From positions 44,826,001 through 44,890,000 of the forward strand of contig NC_043003.1 in assembly GCF_006345805.1 (NCBI RefSeq): a DNA stretch of 64,000 nt, read 5' to 3'. Numbering within the stretch: the stretch's first letter is position 1; each line of letters begins with the position of its first letter. Position numbers and translations under genes: made by a program. Source of the DNA: Octopus sinensis. Its lineage: Eukaryota. Below are positions 13,181 through 23,569 of the stretch, one piece after another. Below the pieces are notes generated by a model, which saw only the letters and a list, made by a program, of their open reading frames with translations, was not told the origin of the DNA and made no database searches.

Positions 13181-13573
13181 TTCAAGTTTACGTTACCCTA
13201 ACTAAGTTATTCTAAATAACTTGATATATTCGTTCTCCCTTAGCTTTTGTTGTCCTTTTTCCTCTGCTGTGAACGTGGAAACTAACGGATGACCAACTGG
13301 AGCACTTATCGTACCTATTCCTTTAGTTCACCAGTAAACTAAGCTCCACATATTCCTTACTATGTATATATATACATATAATATTATCAATAAATATAAT
13401 GGGTAAAATAATAAAGGGTAAAAGGTACACTGGCGGCTATCTCCAAACTTCGGTATGTGATAAAGCAAATCTTTGCTGAACCTAATTACAATATATATAT
13501 ATATATGACCGCGTGTGTATCGTTGGCGATTTTTTCCTCCGTCTTCCCATCCTTGGATCTTTCCTTTACCTTT

Positions 13574-13608
13574 GTTTCTAACGAAGAGCTCCGCTCGAAA
13601 CGTCGAAT
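13574..13608 (+). ncRNA. Degenerate minimal hammerhead (G5>A)
   Basis: GUUU CUAACGA A GAGC UCC GCUC GAAA CG UC GAAU, in a ~200 bp unit between (TA)n tracts at ~13493-13506 and ~13708-13760. Confidence 0.5.
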
Positions 13609-13702
13609 CCACTTCATTTCTTTCCTTTCCTGAGCGTCCTAAAAACACTATACTTGTTCCACGTCCTCGCGTTGTAGTGTTTTTGTGTTTCCATGTTTGG
13701 AT

Positions 13703-13754
<52 letters not shown>

Positions 13755-13830
13755 ATACATACATAGGTGCGAGCAAACACGCTCACGCGCGAGCACACAC
13801 CACTATGCATACATACGTGAATACATACGT

Positions 13831-13868
<38 letters not shown>

Positions 13869-14221
13869 TATATATATATATACTTACCTTCATATGCAAG
13901 ATAAGGAAAAAATATCACGAGGCAGTGAAGAGATTTTGTTATCAGTGGCACAGATTTCAGAAGTGATGGACAGGCTTGTATGTAAGATATCATCTTTAAA
14001 AGAGAGGGGTGTACAAGTGTAGGGAAATAGGTTCTCGCCTGAGATTTTAATCGGATTAAAGTATTAAATAGTATGATAAAATGTCTATCCGTTAACCTAT
14101 TATTTTCTCATTCAACCTACAAGCATTGTCAGAATTGTGATATATACAGCAATACAAGGATACGTTAATTACATACTACATATACATATACACATATTAA
14201 TACATATACATTATATTATAT

Positions 14222-14263
<42 letters not shown>

Positions 14264-15101
14264 CATGCATGCACAAATATATGTATATAAATATGTTTCA
14301 AATTTGTTTAAGGCAGACATTCTGAATATGGAAATAAAGCTATTTTTTCATTCTGGCAGTTACAGTCTATTTATGCTGACTGGTTAACCAGTTTTGACGG
14401 CTACATCGAACTGTATCGAAAAAATGTAGGTTAGATATAATAATAGGAACAATAATCCTTGGATGAAATTCATAAACGGTTAATGTATCTCTACATTTAA
14501 TGCAACACTGCATTTAATCGCCACATTTGATGCATCGCAACATTCACATGTCTCTTAAGATCACAGTCCATATTCCTGGGTTGATTACAGTGTAGACTGT
14601 TGCAGTGAAAACGTACTTCCCTTCATACATGACAAAGTGGTTTATAAAGTCAGGCAGTCAGTTGTTGCAGAATATCAGTAGCAGTAGATTCGTTGTACGA
14701 ACTCTCAGATGGAATCAGTGTCAGTTACGCGATGTATACGAGTTACCGTCAAGGTAGAGGTTTCAAATTCATTGTCTTGCAGAGTTATCAGCGATAGCAT
14801 GATAGATGAGTCAAAGATAATAAGGTGCGGAATACCGCCACATCACAATAATGGGAGCAGATTATTATATGCCGTTAATAACACACGTAGTGGACGAAGA
14901 TCTACAATATAACAGTCGCGACAGTGATATAAAAAAATTCACGCGGAAGGCGTTGAAAAATTGTTTGACGTGGAGAAATTTAAAAATCGACAGACGAGTA
15001 ACAAACATTGCCGTTGTAAATATTTTAACAAAAATCCGTAAGAGTATGGAAAACTTATTAACGGGTCTATTTGAGTTGCAAAAACAGCAACCGCAACAAC
15101 T

Positions 15102-15295
15102 GTGGAGGCGAAATGGCCCAGTGGTTAGGGTAGCGGACTCGCGGTCGTAAGAATGCGGTTTCGATTCCCAGGCTGGGCATTGTGAGTTTTTATTGAACAA
15201 AATCACCTACGTTCCACGAGGATCCGGCGGGTGGGGTGGTGAACCCCGCAGTACTCTTTCACCACAATTTTCTCTCACTCTTTCTTCCTATTTCT
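15102..15295 (+). mobile_element. tRNA-derived SINE head, nested in gag
   Basis: A box TGGCCCAGTGG, B box GGTTTCGATTCCC. The whole insertion 15102-15593 is flanked by AACAACT at 15095-15101 and 15594-15600. Confidence 0.75.
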
Positions 15296-16604
15296 GCCAC
15301 AAAGCTGAGGAACTGTGGTGTAAACCACGATGGTTTGGTAAACTTTCAGACCCATTCTAGATTGCGAATCCTCTGTACTCCAGGATGGTTCGGCTCTCCA
15401 CCCGTTAAAAGACACCGTTTACGGAATGAGGATACCAACGTAGCTTTTGCGCCCGTGCAACAGCCAGACTATCGCGTGTGTTGGGTGGATCTTCAAGTTG
15501 CCACACGCGTTCTTAGTAGCTTAGAGTAGGCTCGAATTAAAGATTATTCTTTGTGGCTAATGTCGTGAGTCCTGATTGGATGAAGAAAACACGAACAACT
15601 CAAATAACAACAAGAGCAATAGCAAATTCTAGAGCAACAAATACTCCAACTAATAAAGTTGGTAGCAAAACTGGAAAATACGTTTTCGCCAGACCATGTA
15701 GCACATTCAATAAATGAATTTAAATATGACACGGCACAAGGAGTCACCTTTGAGGTATATTATCGAAGATTTGAACAAATTTCGTAAAAGAATTCCAAAA
15801 CTGGACGAACGATGTGAAAACGCTTCTAATTCTGAGAAAACTGGTGATCATAGAGCATGAGAAATCCTGTAACTTTGTATTGCCTAAAAAAGTTTCTGAA
15901 AGATTTCGCGGACACTATTGACATTGTATATAAAACATTTAATGAAAAAAACATCGTTTTTCAGCATTTGAAGTGTTTGAAGACTCAGAAAAGCATGACG
16001 AATAATTTACCAAATACGCAAGTAGAGTGAACAGAGAACACGAGAGATTTAAATTGGATAAACTAACTCTTGACTGGTTCACGTGAATGCATTTTTGCAG
16101 GGACTTATTGCTAAAAGGAACGCAGAAGTCAGAATAAAATTCCCTCAAAGCTGGAAATGAGCATTGATATAACTCTGCAGAAAGTGTCAGAAGAGAGCGA
16201 TATGATATTAAAAGCAAGGCACCACACAGAAGAAATCTAACGCAAAGATTGTTTACAGATGGAACCAGTGTGGAAGAGTCAGAAGACGGATTAAGTGTTT
16301 CACAAAAACCGCGACATACAACAGATGATAAACTCAGGTATGTCATGCGATGTTAGGTACCTAAGACAAAATATCCATTATTTTTGTTGTGGGAACACAG
16401 GACACATTAAATCGAAAAATTAGACGAAATGAGAAAAAATAAATAATTTGTCATCAGAGAAAAAAAAAGGGGTTGTACAACGAACATAGAATTCATCAAG
16501 GAGAGAATCGAAACCGCTAGTGTCAAAATGGAATTAGACACAGTTAGTGTCATCACTATCATAAATGAAGAACTACGGAGATAAATCGGTATTATTTAAA
16601 TCGA

Positions 16605-16827
16605 GCTGGCAGAAACGTTAGCGCGCCGGACAAAATGCTTAGCGGTATTTCGTCTGCCGCTACGTTCTGAGTTCAAATTCCGCCGAGGTCGACTTTGCCT
16701 TTCATCCTTTCGGGGTCGATAACTTAAGTACCAGTTACGCACTGGGGTCGATGTAATCGACTTAATACCTATGGCTGTCCTTGTTTGTCCCCTCTGTGTT
16801 TAGCCCCTTGTGGGTAATAAAGAAATA
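16605..16827 (+). mobile_element. tRNA-derived SINE (family A) with 17-bp TSD
   Basis: gctggcagaaacgttagc...gagttcaaattccgccgaggtcgactttgcctttcatcc. TSD GGTATTATTTAAATCGA at 16588-16604 and 16828-16844. Confidence 0.92.
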
Positions 16828-17202
16828 GGTATTATTTAAATCGAATAACGCAGCATATTGTGTTATAGGAAGCAAATTATATTTCATCGGCGAATGTATT
16901 TGCATTCTGCGATGTGAAACGAGGACAATCAATTCCGTGTTGAAAAAAAATCACTGAAACTATTTCGTGCAGAATGGTATTATTTAAAATGTGGGATTTC
17001 CCCCATTAGTGTTCGTTTTGAATGAAATCGAACAACTGAGACAAAAATTGAAAAATTGTCTCCTAATTATTTTTTCTATTTTTTGCGAAGTATTAGGCTG
17101 TAGAACAAACCCACCCACCCCCCAAAAAAACCAGTGTCACGATCAACACCCGTTTTTAAGCCCAAACGGAACGTGCAGTTTGCAGCATTAGATCACGTAA
17201 AT

Positions 17203-17351
17203 TCCGCCGCGGTCGACTTTGCCCTTCATCCTTTCGGGGTCGATTAAATAAGTACCAGTTACGCACTGGGGTCGATATAATCGACTTCATCCGTTTGCCT
17301 GTCCTTGCTTGTCCTCTCTGTGTTTAGCTCCTTGTGGGTAGTAAAGATAAG
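17203..17351 (+). mobile_element. 5'-truncated SINE (family A) with 16-bp TSD
   Basis: Homologous to 16605-16827. TSD ATTAGATCACGTAAAT at 17187-17202 and 17352-17367. Confidence 0.92.
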
Positions 17352-18312
17352 ATTAGATCACGTAAATAAAGAGCTGGGAAGACTAGAATGTGTAGATATA
17401 ATTGAAAAAGTCGACCGGTCAAACTGTGCAACTCTGACGGTTTGTGTAAAGAAAAAGAAAAGTGTGTGTTCGGACTTTTCAACTGGATTAAATGAGTATT
17501 TAATTCAACAAAGAAGTGTTCCCTGACTGAGCATGAGACGCCGCTGTATCGTTCAGATTTAGAAACGATTGCCCCGTCCATGAAATGTAGTCAAACCTCT
17601 TCGTCATGCTTAAGATGATTAATAGCATGTGTGTCAATCTACTTGGACGTTTTGTGTATTATACAGCGAACAGTATAACTAAGATATTCAAATTATTTAG
17701 AGATGCTAAATCAAGAGGTTAGATCCGAACAAAAATTTGAAAACTGTGCATATTCAGGATTAGTTGACATATTTTTGTCAACTAATCATGTAATTGGTCA
17801 AGTGCACTGAACAATGGGCTTCGTCCTAAGGCAAGGACTGCTTCTGGTGGATTTCGGCATCCGCCTTCCAGCAAAATGCTCCTAGTGAAGGGCACAGTTG
17901 ACTGATATAATGATTTGAGATGGAGTTGACTAAAAAAAAGTCGACACTTGAAATTTTGAGAAGGTTTTCAGGAGTTCAGTTCAGCGATGAAGCAATTCAA
18001 GCAATTGCGGAAAGGCAACGATGAATAGCAATTTTGTATAGAATAATAACTCTAACAACAGTGTGTAATTTGAAAAATTCGATTAAAAAATAAAACCATT
18101 TACGCATTTCAGGCTCTAGAATTTCCAAATTAAATAATATTAATACATGGAAATCTATATCCTAAAATTTGTTATCAATTTTAACATGAGTCGGATGGGA
18201 TTTTCTGATGGGAATGGTGTACAGAATGCATGGTATCCCAGATTGAATTAGCTTACTTTCAAAATTTTAAAGATATAATCTTAAAAATCTAATATACATA
18301 AATAAAATAAAT

Positions 18313-18520
18313 GTTCCTTCTCGAGCCATGCCAGGCTCATAAGGGCTGGTTTCTCGGTTTAAGTGGCGTAGAAATTCCCCACCTGGACGGGACACTGGTC
18401 CGTTGCAGGATTACTCATTTTTGCCAACTGAGTGGACTGGATTAACGTGAAATGAAGTGTTTTGCTCAAGTACACAATGCATCGCCCTGTTCAGGAATCG
18501 AAACCACAACCTTACGATCA
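18313..18520 (-). mobile_element. tRNA-derived SINE with CORE-like central domain, 5'-truncated
   Basis: Minus strand: ggtttcgattcctgaacagggcgatgcattgtgtacttgagcaaaacacttcatttcacg...cagtccactcag. Confidence 0.65.
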
Positions 18521-20714
18521 ACACCCTAACAATTAAGCCACCCGCCTCCACACACACACGCATATATATATATAAGACACTTCTATCCGAATCACACGGC
18601 TCGGGTTTCAGTCCCACTTTGTATTACTGTCGTCGAGTACCTTCTACTATAGCCTACCAAATCCTTGAGATATATATGTATGTGTCTGTATGTGTTTATC
18701 TATGTATGTATGTGTGTTTGAATATGTATAAGTTATGCACTGTGTATATGATTGAAGTTTTACATGATACCTACTGAGACAATTATTTCGAAATTTGTTT
18801 CTATATATTATGCTCCAAAAAGAAACCCTATTTGTAATAGAGTAGCTGATGATTTGTATTTTTCTAGAGAATATGTATGGAGAAGTATTATGATATAAAA
18901 TGTCCTTTCTATTGCTGAATTTTTGTTTATTTTACTTATTTCACTAGGGCAAGTCGTAACTCACACAATGCTTTCTGTACATTTAAGAAGGAAGTATTTC
19001 CCTTTTTTCTTTATGTGGTTTCGCTCCAGCTGTCCTTGTACCAAAATATGATCAAATACAGTCCAACTACAATCATTTTGTAGCAGTTATCGGTATCATT
19101 TAAATAAAATTACTATTAGTTGCGAGAAAACAAAGCTACTATTTTTATCTATTCTTACAACTATATTGGCTCTGCCTTAGTGGATGATCGCTTTATTGAT
19201 GGTATTTAAACTTAGTTTACTCGTGATTAATCAGCTATTATAAAACGATCGGGTATTAACCCGATTATTCTGTTCAGTGTGTTCGTCTTTGAAAAGTAGG
19301 ATGTGATATGGGAGAGAGTTTGACTGCACTTTCTAGCGTCTTAATGAACCACACGAGAGTTGCTTCGTTTATATGTAGCATTATTGTTACTAAATCAGGC
19401 GTGTAGCAATGGATGTACAAAGCGAATTAATAGATGTCATGAATATGAAATAAGAGACGCAGTGTTACACGCCGTCGCTGATACAACGATGGAAATAAAT
19501 ATATAAATCATTAAAATTCGAATAACAGCAACTTCTAATTGTTGCCAACCTTACTAACTATTCTGACGCAATGACTCTCTTTGAAGTTTACATCAGATAT
19601 CATGCTTCTGATACGTTGTTCAGAAATTGATGCTAGTTTTGTTGTGTATAAGTTGGAAACTATCATTTAATCAAAGTAAGTTCGAGATGTTCAATATAAT
19701 TTTATAAATGTTATATTAAGCTTTAGAAATCTGTGCATTTAGTGTCGATGAAGAATTTCATTCTTTTTTTGTCTCCCTTTCCTGCAGCATTTTCATTTTC
19801 AAAATGTTTATCGATAAAAATATTTAAGTACTTGAGCAGATTATCTATATGGCGAAATTTGTATAGGAAGGTGAATAAAGTAAAAGACCAATTCGCATAT
19901 TATTCAATTAGGTAGTAGCTTCTACATCATATTCATAGAAAAGCAACATGAAGCAAAATAGAAAATTTTGATTGGCAAAATGACTATTAATGTTGAGTAA
20001 AGTAATATATGATGTTGATTAAAGTAATATGTGATGTTGTTTCCGAGATAGGGTACGTTTAGGGGACTAAACTTATAGCAACATGCATTATAGCTACCGC
20101 CGAATTTCAAAGGAGAAACATTGGTTTCTTGAACTGTTATGACACTATCATGATCGATATTTTATGGATATTATTTCTTATGTTGCATTATGTATCATGC
20201 ATTATTCACATGTACATGTCTACGCGTATATCAAATTATCCTGATTCACAACACGTCCTGTAGAATAATCTTATAACGTCGATCTTTTTTTTTATCTATC
20301 ATTTTAAATGGTGTCACATTTCTCTTTAGCTTCCTAAAGGAACTTAATTATTTGTTAAAGCTCGAATATTCGTTCTTATAGAAAGTATCTTTGTAAGAGT
20401 TCGACTGTTAAATTAATTGAACTTCCTTGACACAGGATTAACAAGTTTAAGATTTACAGAGCAACAAGCAAGTCATTGGAAAGCTCGATCAACTTCACTC
20501 AGTAACGAAATCTCGACGAATTGCCTTGTCTATTATTCATACCTAGTTTAGATGTTTTCCTACTAAATTGGAATTCATAAGACAATATTATTCACATAAT
20601 TTTCTTTATTAGTAGTACAAGAAATTTTATCAGGAAACAGATACCAATGATTTCACAATATAGGAATAAAATATAAAGAATTTTCCAGTTCGTCAAATGA
20701 AATTTAAATTATTA

Positions 20715-20960
20715 TCTATATATATAAAACTGAGCATGTTTGTCTGTCTGTCTGTATCCCTAAAACTTGAGAAATGCTCAACCAATTTCATTCAAATTAT
20801 ACACATGCCTTACTTAGGGTCCATGTAGTGTCATGGGCAAAAACATTTCTAACTTCCTACCTAGGGGGAGCCCACAGCAATATCATATCTTCACCACTAT
20901 TTCAGTATTACGTGTTAAAAGTGAAACAAAAAACATCTCTCTATTGTAATGTCAGATACT
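20715..20960 (+). mobile_element. Non-autonomous Helitron-like element, 5' part (copy 1)
   Basis: A|TCTATATATATAAAA start followed by (TGTC)n. Homologous to 21448-21662 and 21955-22035. No CTAG end seen. Confidence 0.55.
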
Positions 20961-21447
20961 TTCATTTTAATACTGAAACTATCAAAGTCAAACTATTATA
21001 TAAGAGGGATGAACCCTTAACCGTGGACATCCACTTTGATAGAAGAAGATCCGCTATGGTCTTATATGCTACACCACTGGTTTTCAATTCATATTAATCA
21101 AATTAATATTCAATTTCTCATCCTTATTATTTTAAAATTAAATTTAAACCCAGGACCATGTGTTTTGGAACGAAGTTTGTTACCACACAGCCACAACTGT
21201 GTGTGTATGTGTGTATAGCTGTATATGTATACATTTATTTCTATACATATAGATGTATATGTATACATGTATATGTGTAGATGTACATGTAATATATACA
21301 CACATATATTCACATATATACATGCATACATATATACACCCATACGCACACACATACATAGCTGCAGGTGTGGCTGTGTAGTAACAAACTTTGTTCCAAA
21401 TCACATGGTCCTGGGTTCAGTGACATTCTGAAGTGACTTGACATGAA

Positions 21448-21662
21448 ATGTGTCTCTCTGTCTGTGTGAATCCCTAAAACATGAGAACTACACAACCAAA
21501 TTCATTCACATTTTACACATGTCTTACTTAGGGGCCATGTAGTGTCATGGGCAAACAAATGTTAAACTTCTTGCCAAGGGTGGGCCCACAGTAATATAAT
21601 ATCTTCTCCACTATTTCAGTATTACATGTTAAAGGTGAAATAAAAATATCTATCTATTGTAA
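21448..21662 (+). mobile_element. Same Helitron-like family, copy 2
   Basis: tccctaaaac...ccatgtagtgtcatgggcaaa...ccactatttcagtattac shared with copy 1. Confidence 0.6.
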
Positions 21663-21706
21663 GTATACGGATGTATATACATAGATGTACATGTAATATG
21701 TATAGT

Positions 21707-21905
21707 GAGCTCGCTCTGGGCGGCATTGAGGCGAATGTACACAGCTACAGGCCCACAGTCGACGTTATGCAGCCCGGAGCTTGCTCTGAGCAGCATTGAG
21801 ACGACTGTACATAGCTACAGGCCCACAGCCGACGCTATGCCACCCGGAGTTCGCTCTGGGCGGCATTGAGGCGACTTTACACAGCTACAGCCCCACAGTC
21901 GACGC
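21707..21905. repeat. GC-rich 70-bp tandem repeat, ~3 copies
   Basis: gagc(t)cgctctgggcggcattgaggcga...acagctacaggcccacagtcgacg starts at 21707, 21777 and 21847. TATAGT on both sides (21701-21706, 21906-21911). Confidence 0.9.
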
Positions 21906-21954
21906 TATAGTATTGGTGTAACTGTTACAGAGGGCTTGGCTTGGCTTGGCTTAG

Positions 21955-22223
21955 CTTTAAACACGTAATACTGAAATAGTGGTGAAGATATGATATTGCC
22001 GTGGGCTCCCCCTAGGCAGGAAGTTAGAAATGCGTCTTCGTCAAAGCAACAGCTCCCCCAAAGCAAATTAAATAAAATGAGATACGTGGAACGTCAAAGT
22101 TGCTAACAAAAACAGGACAGTGAAAAACATTCGGTAAGGGCTGTTTAACCCTAACGAGGTGAAGTGGTGAACGCTGGAGGAAAAATGCTTTCTCAAGAGA
22201 CAGACAATAATGCGTCATATAGA
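21955..22223 (-). mobile_element. Same Helitron-like family, copy 3 (inverted)
   Basis: Reverse complement of ...acttcct(a/g)cctagggggagcccac...ccactatttcagtattacgtgtt. Minus strand starts A|TCTATATG. Confidence 0.55.
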
Positions 22224-22860
22224 TATAAGCTGAACGAGAAGAAAAAGAATTACATTTAGAAATAGAGATCTATAATTATTGAGGAGAGAATTTGAGTTAG
22301 AAATAGAGAACTATAAATATTGTATTATGCATAAAGTGGTGGTTTACATTCGGGGCTTCCAATTTCAATGTAAAATATAAGATAGTCGCAAAATCATCGC
22401 ACTTGTCACCATCGATTACAAACACCGGTGGAAGATAAAAGTTCCAGATGACATTCTTGTTCTTTCACTCGTACAAGGATCGTATTATGTTTCGGCTTCA
22501 AATAGATTATAGATACAAATATAATGTACAGAAATATATAAAAAAACAGAATAGAAAATAAACGTCTTAGGCATATAAAATGAGATAACATGAGATATCA
22601 AGGTGTTATAAACTTGAAACCTACTAGAATATCATAGATTATATATATCATGTCATCCAATCAGTTCTGTCCAATTTTACCTTCTTTTAGATTTGAAAGA
22701 AATTAAATAGTATTTTCAAATGTCTAATTCAATTAAAAATTGCTTTTATGCATTTGGGTACGTTTAAACTAATTCAATATTGTTTTACAAAATAATAGAG
22801 GGGATCCACAAAGTCTGCGTACATGGGGATTAAGAGTTTCATGATAAAAATATAGAAATA

Positions 22861-23260
22861 TTGGGTTGTCCGGAAAGTTCGTGCCGATTTACAGTAGCTT
22901 AAATTTCGACTTATTTTAGAACATGTTTGAATCCATAAAATAAGATTTGACTACACCTCCATTTAGAGCACAGTTTATAACCTGTGTTAATTCTGTAACG
23001 CTTTAAAATAAAAGATGAGAAAGTTCATTTTCGGGACCTGATGCATTGGGAACCAGACAAAAATTGCTGTAGCTCGGCTGGGATGTGTTACACCCACCCT
23101 CCCTATTCCCCAGACATTACTCCTTCGGATTTCTACTTATTCAGGTCTCTGCAGAATAGTCTTAATGGTAAAAATTTCAATTACTTAGACGACGTAAAAA
23201 GATACCTTGATGAATTCTTTACCTTGAAACCACCCCAATTCTGTTGGTGGAAGTTCAGTT
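22861..23260 (+). mobile_element. Internally deleted mariner transposon
   Basis: TA followed by TIR-like TTGGGTTGTCCGGAAAGTTCGTGCCGATTT. Transposase C-terminal fragment HPPYSPDITPSDFYLFRSLQNSLNGKNF. Confidence 0.85.
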
Positions 23261-23537
23261 TTTGAGTATCGACGAATAAGTGACAGCATCATATGAGATT
23301 CTGCAGTATTTCTTTATTACCCACTAGAGGCAACATAGAGGAGACACTACAAAACATTGGGGACATAGAACATAATTAAAATTATGGAAAATAAACTGAT
23401 AGAATAAGTACCAGGCTTATTAAAATATAAAAAAGAACTACGGAGTGTCTCATATTTTTGTTTACCCACTCAGCTGTATCTATCAATTTATATTTGTGTA
23501 TGTGTGTGTGTGTGTGTGTGTGTCTGTGTCTGTGTGA

Positions 23538-23561
<24 letters not shown>

Positions 23562-23569
<8 letters not shown>

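Larger units (their letters stand above)
14900..17520 (+). mobile_element. Decayed Gypsy/Ty3 LTR retrotransposon gag-pol remnant
   Basis: gag from ATG 15046: MENLLTGLFELQKQQ, SINEFKYDTAQGVTFEVYYRRFE, HERFKLDKLT, TLQKVSEE. Knuckle-like CCGNTGHIKS. Protease VKMELDTVSVITII. RT start KPKRNVQFAAL...KELGRLECVDIIEKVD...VCSDFSTGLN. Possible degenerate PBS (aaca|gtcgcgacagtg) at ~14910. Many stops and frameshifts. Confidence 0.8.

Noticed and set aside
14560-14913. Possible 5' LTR of the Gypsy remnant
   Set aside because: No second LTR copy in the window to confirm it; only a degenerate PBS-like sequence supports it.
21707-21905. CRISPR-like interpretation of the 70-bp or 61.6-kb repeats
   Set aside because: Units are contiguous with no unique spacers, the context is eukaryotic, and there are no cas genes.
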